In this document: in pieces, positions 1 to 9,556 of the stretch | Layout: each line of letters begins with the position of its first letter | How positions within the stretch are numbered: the stretch's first letter is position 1 | Virus record (IMG/VR): IMGVR_UViG_3300048762_000129 | Location: 1-32,833 of that record | Length of the DNA stretch: 32,833 nt | Reading direction: 5' to 3' (one strand) | Source of the DNA: a virus | Lineage: Duplodnaviria; Caudoviricetes | Translations under genes and position numbers: made by a program | Notes under the pieces: model-generated | Told to the model about the DNA's origin: nothing | What the model saw: only the letters and a program-made list of their open reading frames with translations | Database searches by the model: none

Positions 1-1213
1 GCAAATAGTAATCGCCCGCATCCACATGATGCGTGCTGACCGTCACTAGGTCCCCATCCATCTGCACGTTATGGATGTTCCCGATGTTGATCGTCTCTGG
101 TGAGCCGGGGGCGTACTGGATGATCCCCACCGGGCCCGTGCTCAGAGTCATGTAAAACCCGGCTGTGTTCGTCAACGACGTGTTCGCCTGAATCGATCCC
201 GTCGCGGTTACCCCCGCGAATGCTCCATTTCGGCTGGAGTCGATCACCGTTGTTCCGCCGGTTTTGTAAGCGCCGGACGTGTTGATATACCCGGTGGTGC
301 TGATGTTCAGACTGCCGTCGATAATCTGCGTGTGCAGAATCGAGATACTACCGGCATCCAATCCGGCGCTCGCGCCGGCGCCGCCCACCATGAGGCCGAC
401 TCCCGCTACCGTTCGCACCACCGAAGATGCGCCCAACTCCAGAACCCCCGTCGTCGGTGCGGATACGGACGCGCCCGGCCACACGATGCGCCCGAAGTTC
501 GCCAGCCCGTCGATCTTGATCGCCGCCGCGTTTCCTGACGTCAGGATGTTTCCCGCGTCCTGAAGATTCTGAATCCAGATCCCGCTTCCGTTGACGACGT
601 GGCCGCCTGACCCGAGATACCCCGGCTGCGCCACTATCAGCCCGGCCCAGTTATTCAGCGTGACTCCGCTCGCCACTTGCGCCAACGCCGCCACGTAGTT
701 TTCTCCCCAGTTGGCCGTATAGGGAGTGATTGGCGTCTGGTAGTACAGCTCGCTCTGAAACGGCTTCTGCTGGCCGCGAATATAGGGCGATCCGTAGACC
801 GGGTCGCTCGGCAGATTCATCGCCCCCAGCACCACCACGCCCGCCACACCGAATTGGTCCCACCCCTGCGTCGGCTCATCGACGGTGGTTCTGGTGGACC
901 GCACTACGACCGATGCCCCCCTAACCTCGTTGTCCTGATCCGTGAAATACTCATCGGTGTTAGAAACCACATACCCGGCGCCGGTCGAGTCGTTGATCGC
1001 CGCCCCGCTGCCCCAGGCCGTGAACCCCTTCGCGTCGATCCACACTTTCGGAGGCAGATACTGCACCACGTCCGAAGCAATCGTCGCCGGCGCGCGCCAG
1101 ATGATCCGGTGTGGCGTCGCTTGTTGGTCCCTGAGTTGCCATTCGTTGCCCTGCGCCCATGCGCATGCAGTCAGAGCCGCGAACGTAAGAGAGCGGTAGA
1201 AGAGTTGTCTCAT
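1..1213 (-). CDS. Tail fibre/receptor-binding-like protein with N-terminal Sec-type signal peptide; 3' end beyond window (at least 404 aa)
   Basis: Absent from the ORF track, so translated by hand. ATG at 1213 overlaps the tail-tip stop (ATGA) and the frame is open to base 1. It begins MRQLFYRSLTFAALTACAWAQGNEW, is Gly/Thr/Ser/Val-rich, and contains GAYKTGGTTVIDSSRNG, a motif seen in phage fibres. It lies directly after the tail-tip gene. Confidence 0.7.
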   Translation of the reverse strand, partial: MRQLFYRSLTFAALTACAWAQGNEWQLRDQQATPHRIIWRAPATIASDVVQYLPPKVWIDAKGFTAWGSGAAINDSTGAGYVVSNTDEYFTDQDNEVRGASVVVRSTRTTVDEPTQGWDQFGVAGVVVLGAMNLPSDPVYGSPYIRGQQKPFQSELYYQTPITPYTANWGENYVAALAQVASGVTLNNWAGLIVAQPGYLGSGGHVVNGSGIWIQNLQDAGNILTSGNAAAIKIDGLANFGRIVWPGASVSAPTTGVLELGASSVVRTVAGVGLMVGGAGASAGLDAGSISILHTQIIDGSLNISTTGYINTSGAYKTGGTTVIDSSRNGAFAGVTATGSIQANTSLTNTAGFYMTLSTGPVGIIQYAPGSPETINIGNIHNVQMDGDLVTVSTHHVDAGDYYL

Positions 1214-4200
1214 ATCGGCATTCCTAACGTGTAAGAAGTGCAATACCAGTTGCCGTCGCTCGACCGTCCCGCGAACTGCACCAGGCTTTCTGTATCCGGA
1301 GCCACCGGTATTTCCGGCGCCCACTTGAAGCTGGCGCCCCAGGGAATCGGATATCCCACGCTGTCCTGGGTGATCAGCACGGTCAGTCTTGCCCCATCCG
1401 TCCCCACCGCGTCCGGTGTCAGCGTCGCCGGTGAGCCGCCGGCGACAACCACGTTCAGCACCAGCGCCAGCGCCCCCGACGATCCCTCCAGGTAAATCTC
1501 CCGCATCGGCACCAGCAGGTCCGGCCCGCAATTCCCGTTCGGATCGCACGCGCGCACCAGGAACAGCCATTGCTGCCACGCCAGGTTCAGCGCGTTGACT
1601 GTCGCCATCACTCCGCTCATCGGGCCCGGCACGCTCATCGAGATCGAAGGCGAGTCCGCCTCTCCCGGCGCCACGATAATCACGATGTCCCCCGCGTTCG
1701 GCGTGACCAGCCAGCTTCCCGCCAACTCGAATATCGTATAGTTGCCGTTCGAATCCGCAATCATGTCCTTGATGGTCTGAACATCGCCCTTATCCGGCCC
1801 GCTCAGCACCACCGCTACGTGCCCCGCCTCCACCGCCGTGGCCCCCGCCGGATAATACTCGTTGGCGATGTTCGAATCGCTGAATCCCGTCGCCGTGAAC
1901 GTGGCCTTGTGCCGCATCACCAGCAAGTCGCCCACCTCTAGCAGCGTTGTCACATCCGCCGGCAGGTTCCCATCCGCCCCCGGCCCAATCGTCACCACGA
2001 AAACCCCGCTGCTGCTCGCCCCGCTGGCCGCAACCGCCAGGTTCAGCAGCGGCACCTCCGCCGTCTGATCGTTTTTGGCCAACAGCGTGAGCACATACCC
2101 ATCCCACTGCCCCGTCGTCATCCCTGGGGTCGGCGGCGAAGTTGGCGCGGGGTCCGCAAACTGGATGTACCCCGCATTGCCCGATGTCCCAGGCGAGAGC
2201 GCCTGCACCTGCTGCGCCCAGACACCCGCGTGGACAATCTGTTTCCATGCCGCATCGAAATGGTCGAACAGTGGGTCCGGGCCGCCCGCAGACACCTGAT
2301 TGAAGCTCGCGATGGTGGCCGACGTCGCCCCGCTCGCCATCGTCTGCTGCCAATGCATCGTGTAGCCGTTCGGCTCCAACTCTCCGCCGTATGCATCCAG
2401 CCGCAACGCCGCCATGTACAGGTCGCCGCCATCGTCGCCCGATCCCCAATTCGCCGTGACTGCGACCGATCCCGTTCCCGGGCCGCCGATCACCACCACC
2501 GCCAGGCTCAGATAATCCGTGATGTGGTAGTTCGCTCCGCTGCCATCCCGCGCCGCAAGCCCCACCACGTAGGTGCCCGCGGGAATCGACCCGCCAGTAT
2601 TCGACGGCACGCACGTAAGTTGCGGCCGCGCCACTCCGTTGTCCAGCACGTTGACCGGAGGCGCGCCCTTGATCTGTACCGCCGCCGTCGCGTTTCCCGC
2701 CACGTCCAGTCCGAACACCGGCTGAATCCCGAAGCTCGCGGGGCCGCCGATGGCATCCCCCGCGATCGGCGCCGCGTGGCCAGGCGACCATGGCAGCGGG
2801 ACCGTCTCCGCGAACGTCCCCGTTCCCCAACTGCCCTGCACGTATCCCTGCGCGCTCAGTTCCTCTTCCGTGCTCCAGTTGTAGATGCTGGAATCGGTCT
2901 CCTGGACATCAATCTCCGTGCCGAGGGTAACTGTATCGCCGTGAGCGTCGATTCGGAAGCGCGTAGACTGGACCTCGAGCAGCTTGCCGGCGAAGCCCAG
3001 AAATGGGACCGTGGCTTCGAAGACATCCAAAGGCGCGAACTGGTAGCCCGCCATATTCAGAGGAAACGTGCCGGTTCCACCATTGCGGCGCCGCAACAGT
3101 TCGATCTTGGCGATACGTTGGGCCGTGGGCGCCGAGATCGTGAACGGTAAATGCAGCTCAAGCCATCGCCGTTCCCCTGCATCGGCCGCCAGCAGGACAT
3201 CGCCGCCGTACTGCAAGGGCCCGCTGTAGCCGTGCATCGAGTCCTGCGCGTAAGCCGGGAAGTCCGTGGACTGCCATTTGTTCGCCGGGCTGATGTACGT
3301 GCCCTTGCATCCGTTGAACAGGTCGCGGATGGAACTTGTGGGCCTCCAGTGCGGGGCGCCGGCAGCGATGGCTTGGAGGTTCACGCCGGCCCCGCCGGTC
3401 AACATGGTGACGCTGAACGTCGCAAGGGTGCCGTGTCCACCGAAGACCGCCAGACCGTTGGCGACGGAGTATCCCGAGCCGGCCGCGCTCACATGGTAGT
3501 CGATAATCCCGCCCGTTGAGTTGACAGCATCCACCGTGATCTGGCCGCCCGAGGCCCCCGACTGGACAACGGTGAGCACGTCGCCGACCTGGTAGCCGCT
3601 CCCGATGGCCGCCAGGACGGCCGCCGCAATCCCGGCCGGCAAGGTCGGCCCGACCCAGTAGCCAGGTTGGATCACGAACGGAGCTTCTGGGCTGATCCTG
3701 CCTGCGCATGACGTGAGCAGGTTCTGGAGAGTCTCGCCGCGCTTCGTGGTTACCTCGAACTGCCCATTACACGCGTATCTCGGCTCTGATCCACCGATGG
3801 CCAGGGAAACGGCCTGATCGCAGACGTTGGCCGCCGCGGTCAGGGCATCGGCGGGGATATCGGTTCCGTACTGCGCTTTGTATCCCCAGGTCTGATCGGC
3901 CAGGAAATCGGCGATGCAAAGCGCAGCGTTCTCGCTGTAGCCGCATGACCCGGCTGCGCCCGTCAAGAGCGTGATGTTCACCGTGGCGCTGGACCCATGG
4001 CCCCCGGACAGGGCCAATCCGCTCGCAATAGAATACCCGCTGCCGGGAGCAGTGACCACAAAGGCCGTAATCGCCCCGGACCCGTCTACCGCGGTTACCG
4101 TGATCTGGCCGCCCGAGGCCCCCGATTGCGTGACCGTGAGGACGTCGCCCGCCTGGTACATGCCTCCGGCGTGATAACCACTTCCGGCAGCGGCCAGCCC

Positions 4201-5247
4201 AGCCGCGCCAATTCCAGACAGTGCCCCCAAGCGAGGGTCGTATATGTCGTTCTTCCCCCGCATGTAGAAGCTGATCATCGGGAGGCCGGAACCGAAGTAG
4301 TTGGTGTCCAGGGTGATGCGGAGGAAGACCGCAGTTTTGCCCTGCAGAGAGCAGTAGTTCGTCCACGGGTTCGCGCCCGACGAGCCGCCCGCTTGCTGGG
4401 GACTCGCCGGCGTGCACAATTTCCCGGTCCCCTGCCACGGAACCCCCGCCGTCGCGCCGATGAAGGTCTCGCCAAGCAACTGCTTGCCGCTCAGCACCTC
4501 CATGTAGACGTTGCGGCCGTAGTCCGCCCATTGTGTCGTCGCGCCGCCCTCATTGCTCACAAAGCAAGCAACGCCGCCGGAGAGATAGGTGAATGTCAGG
4601 ACTCCGCCCACCCGGCTGATGATTTCCGCCACCTGGAAAACTCCAGTCAGAGCATACGTATCCAGAATGCCGCCGCCGTTGGCGTTGGTGATGCCGATCT
4701 GATCTCCTTCGGTCAGATATGGGATGTCGTGCGAGAGCACAACCGTAACCACGTTGGCAGCGCGGCTGATGGAGCTGATGGGGACGTTGGTCTGCTGGAG
4801 AGGTGAGAAACTCGTTCCGCTGCCTGCCTCCGGCGCGGGGATGGTGTACCCCGCCCCGGCGCTGTTTGGAATTGCTGAGGTATCGATCTGCACGCGCTGC
4901 TGGTCGAACAGCAGCTCATCGACGGACTCACACGGGTGCGCGGCCAGGACGATCACCATGTCGAGCACCTGTTTGTTGTTGCCCCACTGGTGCATGTAGA
5001 CCAGCGTTCCGCCCGTCCTTTGCCGTCCATAACAGCAACGCCACGGAGCGATAGGGTTTCGCATCGTGGTGCCGAAGCCCTTGACTGGATCTCCCTGAAT
5101 GAGAGAGCCGACGCCGGATATCATCGTGCCGACGCCCACGCCGATCAGAGCGTCACCGAACTCGGCGGCGCCCGGAGCGAAGATGTCGATGGCGATTCCG
5201 GCAGCGACTTCCGCCGCGCCTTCGATGAGTTTGAGTATTCCAGCCAT
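1210..5247 (-). CDS. Tail tip/central fibre hub protein (gpJ/GTA host-specificity-like), 1345 aa
   Basis: Motifs PWRCCYGRQRTGGT, LAAHPCESVDE, RGKNDIYDPR, SENAALCIADFL, AAANVCD, RYACNG and LHLPFTISAPTAQRIAKIELLR are typical of siphovirus tip proteins. Coupled (TAATG) to the upstream minor tail gene. Confidence 0.85.
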   Translation of the reverse strand: MAGILKLIEGAAEVAAGIAIDIFAPGAAEFGDALIGVGVGTMISGVGSLIQGDPVKGFGTTMRNPIAPWRCCYGRQRTGGTLVYMHQWGNNKQVLDMVIVLAAHPCESVDELLFDQQRVQIDTSAIPNSAGAGYTIPAPEAGSGTSFSPLQQTNVPISSISRAANVVTVVLSHDIPYLTEGDQIGITNANGGGILDTYALTGVFQVAEIISRVGGVLTFTYLSGGVACFVSNEGGATTQWADYGRNVYMEVLSGKQLLGETFIGATAGVPWQGTGKLCTPASPQQAGGSSGANPWTNYCSLQGKTAVFLRITLDTNYFGSGLPMISFYMRGKNDIYDPRLGALSGIGAAGLAAAGSGYHAGGMYQAGDVLTVTQSGASGGQITVTAVDGSGAITAFVVTAPGSGYSIASGLALSGGHGSSATVNITLLTGAAGSCGYSENAALCIADFLADQTWGYKAQYGTDIPADALTAAANVCDQAVSLAIGGSEPRYACNGQFEVTTKRGETLQNLLTSCAGRISPEAPFVIQPGYWVGPTLPAGIAAAVLAAIGSGYQVGDVLTVVQSGASGGQITVDAVNSTGGIIDYHVSAAGSGYSVANGLAVFGGHGTLATFSVTMLTGGAGVNLQAIAAGAPHWRPTSSIRDLFNGCKGTYISPANKWQSTDFPAYAQDSMHGYSGPLQYGGDVLLAADAGERRWLELHLPFTISAPTAQRIAKIELLRRRNGGTGTFPLNMAGYQFAPLDVFEATVPFLGFAGKLLEVQSTRFRIDAHGDTVTLGTEIDVQETDSSIYNWSTEEELSAQGYVQGSWGTGTFAETVPLPWSPGHAAPIAGDAIGGPASFGIQPVFGLDVAGNATAAVQIKGAPPVNVLDNGVARPQLTCVPSNTGGSIPAGTYVVGLAARDGSGANYHITDYLSLAVVVIGGPGTGSVAVTANWGSGDDGGDLYMAALRLDAYGGELEPNGYTMHWQQTMASGATSATIASFNQVSAGGPDPLFDHFDAAWKQIVHAGVWAQQVQALSPGTSGNAGYIQFADPAPTSPPTPGMTTGQWDGYVLTLLAKNDQTAEVPLLNLAVAASGASSSGVFVVTIGPGADGNLPADVTTLLEVGDLLVMRHKATFTATGFSDSNIANEYYPAGATAVEAGHVAVVLSGPDKGDVQTIKDMIADSNGNYTIFELAGSWLVTPNAGDIVIIVAPGEADSPSISMSVPGPMSGVMATVNALNLAWQQWLFLVRACDPNGNCGPDLLVPMREIYLEGSSGALALVLNVVVAGGSPATLTPDAVGTDGARLTVLITQDSVGYPIPWGASFKWAPEIPVAPDTESLVQFAGRSSDGNWYCTSYTLGMPI
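3395..4200 (-). repeat. Two copies of a ~75-aa GSGY-type beta module inserted in the tail tip protein (about 3395-3615 and 3960-4200)
   Basis: GSGY..GDVLTV.QSGASGGQITV.AV...G.I....V.A.GSGYS.A.GLA..GGHG..AT occurs twice. An identical 29-nt DNA stretch lies at 3533-3561 and 4097-4125. Confidence 0.85.
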
Positions 5248-5825
5248 TAGATGTTGTTGGTGGTGTTGGCTTGGCCGCCGATAAACAGCGTCATCTCCTG
5301 GAGGCCGTCAACGAACTGAAAGCCGAGGTCTCCGGGCCAGGTCATCTGCTGATCTTGATTCGTGTACCGGCGGTCCACCGGGATGTTGGAGTCCGCCAGC
5401 CGATTCTCGCAGGCAATCGTGATAGTGGCCGTCTCCCCGTCGTAACTGATCTCGGGTATATCGGTGCGTCCGCTCCAGGACACAATCGGGGTGGCGATAA
5501 GCGAGCCGCCAGAGTACGCGCCGAACAGCACGCTCGCCGGCAGACCGGTTTTGAAATCAGAGAGCGCGCCGGCCAGCAGCGACGCATCCAGCCCGCTCAA
5601 TGTGATCGAGATGCCACGCGCCTCGACCGTGGCCGCGTCCTCAATGACGCTAACGCCCAGCAGCGACCCTATGCCGATCCATGTCTGTCCGTTCCACGTA
5701 ACTGACCCCGCGCCAGACCAGAGACGCACGACAGCCGACACGAACTGTATCTGCACGAAGATAGCGGGCTGAAGGTCGCGGGCTTGAAGCGCCGCCAGGA
5801 GCGTGGGTGAGGTTGTGCGCGGCAC
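5247..5825 (-). CDS. Minor tail/baseplate protein (gpL/DUF2163-like), ~192 aa
   Basis: Contains VRLWSGAGSVTWNGQTWIGIGSL, ITLSG and RRYTNQDQQMTWPGDLGFQFV. GTG start chosen at 5825, just after the upstream stop. Synteny with tape measure and tip. Confidence 0.8.
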   Translation of the reverse strand: MPRTTSPTLLAALQARDLQPAIFVQIQFVSAVVRLWSGAGSVTWNGQTWIGIGSLLGVSVIEDAATVEARGISITLSGLDASLLAGALSDFKTGLPASVLFGAYSGGSLIATPIVSWSGRTDIPEISYDGETATITIACENRLADSNIPVDRRYTNQDQQMTWPGDLGFQFVDGLQEMTLFIGGQANTTNNI

Positions 5826-5829
5826 GGTT

Positions 5830-6081
5830 CTAAGAGATCTCCACCTGCGACCGCGGGCCCTTGAGGACAATGGATCTTGCCATCTCCCGCGCCTCTTCTG
5901 GATTACGCTTTAGCGCATCTGCGATCTGCTGGATTTGATCCTCAGAGGCATGGACCTCGTATCGAAGGCGAACGGTCTCACCGGCCTCAGCCAGTAACTC
6001 GAAGCGGATGCACTCTGGCGGGATAATACCGGCAGCGATAAGCTCCTTGATCGCCTTGGAGTTGTGTGGTGAAATTGCCAT
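5830..6081 (-). CDS. Hypothetical protein, 83 aa (MAISPHNSKAIKELIAAG...)
   Basis: ATG lies 2 nt after the upstream stop and the ORF exactly fills the gap between two tail genes. Confidence 0.65.
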   Translation of the reverse strand: MAISPHNSKAIKELIAAGIIPPECIRFELLAEAGETVRLRYEVHASEDQIQQIADALKRNPEEAREMARSIVLKGPRSQVEIS

Positions 6082-6083
6082 GT

Positions 6084-6485
6084 CTACTTTGCCTCTCGAA
6101 CTTCGAAGGTCAGCCCGTAAATTTTGCCCTCTTTGATCGTCCACTGGACCTTGTTAGCCTTGAGCCTCCAATAGCGCGGGGTTGTGCCGTCCGTGGTCAA
6201 CTCGTTGGGGAAGAGGGTGCAAACCCCGGAGGGAAACTGAAACACGTTCGCGACCCCATCGCAGGACTCGATGAATGCGGCCCACAGCGCGCCTTGCGCC
6301 GCCGTCATGGACGCCATGGAGACGGAGGCCTCTTTCCAATTCGCCTGCCAATCGTAGGTCTGTTGCTGCGCGGTAAAGGGATTCGTGTTCGCGCCCGCAA
6401 CGGCGTTGTGCGCGAACTCCAGGGACGCCGGCGCCGGCGGATCCGTGGGCATCGAAACTATGGTCCATCCCAGGTACGTGGACAT
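6084..6485 (-). CDS. Distal tail-like minor tail protein, 133 aa
   Basis: TAATG-coupled to tape measure. NPFTAQQQTYDW, WAAFI...DG...F and YGLTFEVREA match post-TMP siphovirus proteins. Confidence 0.75.
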   Translation of the reverse strand: MSTYLGWTIVSMPTDPPAPASLEFAHNAVAGANTNPFTAQQQTYDWQANWKEASVSMASMTAAQGALWAAFIESCDGVANVFQFPSGVCTLFPNELTTDGTTPRYWRLKANKVQWTIKEGKIYGLTFEVREAK

Positions 6486-9451
6486 TACGCTTTCGCCCTT
6501 TGGGGGACGCGCCAGGACCGCTGCGCGTTGGCCCGTACCGCGGTGGCCACCGCCGATTGATGCGTGGCTTCGAGCGCCCGCGAGATCCGATTGGCCGCGC
6601 CCAGGTCCGCGCCGCGGGCATCGATGTGGTTGATCGTGGTGGATGATCCTCCGATCTTGCTGGCCGGCGTAATCGTGCCTGCCGTGCGGGGGCTGAAGAA
6701 CTCCGGCTCATGCTCGCCCACCACGTAGGCGCCGCCAGGGTCCACGTCACCGCCCCCGGCCATGAAGGTGATACTGCTGCTCACCGCTTCACTTAGACCA
6801 TCGGAAGCAGCCGAGCCGCCAGAGGAGAAGAGACTCTTGAGAAGGGCGCCAAAGCCACTCGCCCCGCTCTTGATTAGCCCGGGAAGATTGCTGAAGCTCG
6901 CACTGGGTCCTCCGGTCCCCGTGGGACTTCCGCTTGCACTCGCCCCGCTCTTGATTAGCCCGGGAAGATTGCTGAAGCTCGCACTGGGTCCTCCGGTCCC
7001 CGTGGGACTTCCGCTTGCACTCGCCAGCCGCACCCATAGCGCCTTGGCCGCCGTCGAGCCATCAGGCTTTGCTTCGAGCCCATGAATGCCGAACATTTCT
7101 CCCAGCTTCCCGAGGCCCTTTTGCATCAGAGATTTCGTACTCTCCTTGACCGTCTCCTCGCCGAGGCTCTGGAACATCTTGCCGAAACTGGTTTTCTGTC
7201 CGGTGAGTAACTTTGCAAACTGGTCGGAGGTCTTGTCGAGCGCCGAATTCAACGTGTCGTAGATGATATTGGCCGCGCTCTTGGCATCTTCCTGCATCTC
7301 CAGGAAGAAAGCCTTCAGGCCGTCCTTCGCGCCCTTCAGCTTCAGCTCCTGCTGGACGGCGATCTTCAGCCGCTCGTTCTCCAGATCCCGGAGCGCGATC
7401 TCGATTTCCAGAGTGTCGCCGTGATCCTTCTTTTGCTTTTGGAGAGCCGCCTCAATCTGATCTAAGCGCGCCACCTGGTCGCTGTAAACCGTGACGAGCT
7501 TCCCGGCCTCCTCGGTAATGGCGTGTTGATGCTCGGCTTCATCGAGTGCTCGTTGCGCGGCTACTTCACCTGCGCTCGCCCCGCCCCGCTCCATCTCCGT
7601 GTACTTGCTTTCCAGCCCCGCCTTGCGCTGCGCCTCCGCGCCGGCAAACACCGCGTCCGTGAGCCTCTGCGTTGCCGCTATCTTCTCGTTGAGCTTCGCC
7701 AGGGTCTCGGCGTCCACGTTGGCGCGGGTTGCGTTGTATAGGTCTATTTCGGCCTTAATCAGCACCTTGGCGGACTCCGCGTCATTGTCCTCGGATATCT
7801 GCTTGATCCTGTGGGCGAGCGTCGCCTGCCGAACGGCCTCCGCGCCCTGTGCCTGCACGGCCGCGAGTTGCTTTTCAAGTTCGATCTGATTACCGAGCTT
7901 CTCCAGCGCGCCGGCCACCTGCTCGCCGTGCGTGGCGTCATACGCCGCGCCGAATCCCGCCCGGAGTTTTGCCGCATCAGCCGTGAAGGCCGGGTCGACA
8001 TAGTGCTCCTTCATCGCACCCATCACCTGGGTCTCGACGTTCGCCCGCTTCGTCGCCTCATAGCCTTTGCCGATGGCAGCCGTCAGAAGCTCCTGTGATC
8101 GAATGCGCTCGTTTATGGACGTAGTAGTGGATTCGAGATGTGTCTTCCAGGTGGCCTCCGCCTCGGCGGAAGCAATGGACTGTTCTATCGCGGCGATCTG
8201 GCCTTTCTGGGCGTCCGTAAGTTGGACGTGGTGCGACTCCAGCGCCTTGTTGACTTCTTCGATGGCCTTCTGTGCCTCACCGAAGGCTTTAGCGAGAACC
8301 TGCGCCGCCTCCGGCTGGCCAATGGCCGCTAGCTTTGCCTTCACGCCGTCCAACTGCGCGCTAAGCGCCTTCATTCGGTCTTCGAAGGGCTTGTCGAGCT
8401 GCGAGTTCGCCGCGCCGGTCTCTAGCTCGGTCTTTTTGCCGGTCAGGGCAGTATTGGCGGACTGGAGGGCAAGGAATTGGGCTTGATCGGCGAGCGCGGT
8501 TTTTAGCCCCTGCAGCTCAGCCAATCGAGCAGCCTCATTTCTGGGCTGGGAGCCGAACAGACCGGCCGCGCCGCGGCTTTGGATTCCGAATTCCGCCGGA
8601 TGCGCAAGCCCCTCGGCTTTTTTGATCTCGGTCTCAATCCAATCCTGCGCCTGCTTGTATGCCGCCGCGAGATCGGAGTCCATTTTCGCGCGCGCCGCCT
8701 TCTGTGCCTCCGGGGTAGCCGCATTTGCGATTGCGGCCTCTCCTCTCGCGGTTATGCTCTGGATGTTCCCAGTGAATCCGCCGGTGCCGGTCTCTCCTCC
8801 GATGTACTTCTTGATGTCGCTGGTTTCGGCTGCTCCAAACCAGGATTTGAACCACCCGACGTTCTGCTCCTTGAGAAGTTTGTTGATGGAGGCGAGATCC
8901 TTTTCAAGGGACTCCGCCAGCTTGTCGGCAGCCACGCGCGCTTCGTCGAGAGCGAGTTTCAGCGTGTTCTGCCGCCGCCCTTCCAACTTCGCGATGTCGT
9001 TGGCCAGCCGATCGTTTGAAACGAGCAGTTCATCGTTGCTGAGGTGAACAGCCTGGTTCAGTGAACGGAAGGCATTTGCTATCTTTGCCGGCCCTTCCTC
9101 CATGCCCTTGAAGAAGTCGTAAACCTTCTTTCCGACCTCTCCAATGACACCCGCGAAGGCGATGGCTCCGACAACCGGAAAGGCCGCCTGCACCGCTTTC
9201 CCAAGCCCAGGGATCATCACCAGGAACGCATCCGCCGCGCGCCGGTTGTTGGTGAAGTTTCCCTCGACGGTTTTCATGGCCGCCGAGACGGCCCGATGCT
9301 CGGTGACTCCAGCAGCGCCAAATTGATGCATCGAGCTGGCGCCCTGGGAGCCGAACGAGCGGAGACCAGCCTTGCCCTTTTCCAGGTCCACGAGCATCTT
9401 GGCGGTGCCAGCGTTTACGTCGATCGAGATTATGGCTGCTTTGCGTCCCAT
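6485..9451 (-). CDS. Tail tape measure protein, 988 aa
   Basis: Long Ala/Glu/Lys-rich helical protein with the C-terminal AGGGDV..GGAYVVGEHEPEFFSP...G.ITP motif, in the expected tail-operon position. Confidence 0.92.
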   Translation of the reverse strand: MGRKAAIISIDVNAGTAKMLVDLEKGKAGLRSFGSQGASSMHQFGAAGVTEHRAVSAAMKTVEGNFTNNRRAADAFLVMIPGLGKAVQAAFPVVGAIAFAGVIGEVGKKVYDFFKGMEEGPAKIANAFRSLNQAVHLSNDELLVSNDRLANDIAKLEGRRQNTLKLALDEARVAADKLAESLEKDLASINKLLKEQNVGWFKSWFGAAETSDIKKYIGGETGTGGFTGNIQSITARGEAAIANAATPEAQKAARAKMDSDLAAAYKQAQDWIETEIKKAEGLAHPAEFGIQSRGAAGLFGSQPRNEAARLAELQGLKTALADQAQFLALQSANTALTGKKTELETGAANSQLDKPFEDRMKALSAQLDGVKAKLAAIGQPEAAQVLAKAFGEAQKAIEEVNKALESHHVQLTDAQKGQIAAIEQSIASAEAEATWKTHLESTTTSINERIRSQELLTAAIGKGYEATKRANVETQVMGAMKEHYVDPAFTADAAKLRAGFGAAYDATHGEQVAGALEKLGNQIELEKQLAAVQAQGAEAVRQATLAHRIKQISEDNDAESAKVLIKAEIDLYNATRANVDAETLAKLNEKIAATQRLTDAVFAGAEAQRKAGLESKYTEMERGGASAGEVAAQRALDEAEHQHAITEEAGKLVTVYSDQVARLDQIEAALQKQKKDHGDTLEIEIALRDLENERLKIAVQQELKLKGAKDGLKAFFLEMQEDAKSAANIIYDTLNSALDKTSDQFAKLLTGQKTSFGKMFQSLGEETVKESTKSLMQKGLGKLGEMFGIHGLEAKPDGSTAAKALWVRLASASGSPTGTGGPSASFSNLPGLIKSGASASGSPTGTGGPSASFSNLPGLIKSGASGFGALLKSLFSSGGSAASDGLSEAVSSSITFMAGGGDVDPGGAYVVGEHEPEFFSPRTAGTITPASKIGGSSTTINHIDARGADLGAANRISRALEATHQSAVATAVRANAQRSWRVPQRAKA
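6856..7025. repeat. Perfect in-frame 81-bp tandem duplication in the tape measure gene
   Basis: Units start at 6856 and 6937, and the 8-mer CACTCGCC recurs at 6856, 6937 and 7018. Encodes SASGSPTGTGGPSASFSNLPGLIKSGA twice. Confidence 0.95.
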
Positions 9452-9491
9452 GATTTGTTAGGGATTTATATAGTTGACTCCCGTTTTTCGC

Positions 9492-9520
9492 TTGACAAAC
9501 GTGAGGGAGTCAGGTACACT
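9492..9520 (+). promoter_or_regulatory. Sigma70-type promoter of the IS
   Basis: TTGACA (9492-9497), 17-bp spacer, TACACT (9515-9520), followed by RBS AGGAGA (9545-9550) and ATG at 9557. Confidence 0.8.
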
Positions 9521-9556
9521 GAATACAGATCGAATCCATCGATCAGGAGAGCAAAA

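Noticed and set aside
3395-4200. Diversity-generating retroelement TR/VR pair
   Set aside because: Both copies are coding within one ORF, the differences are not adenine-specific, and there is no reverse transcriptase in the window.
6856-7025. CRISPR-like array
   Set aside because: Two abutting identical in-frame units with no spacers and no cas genes.
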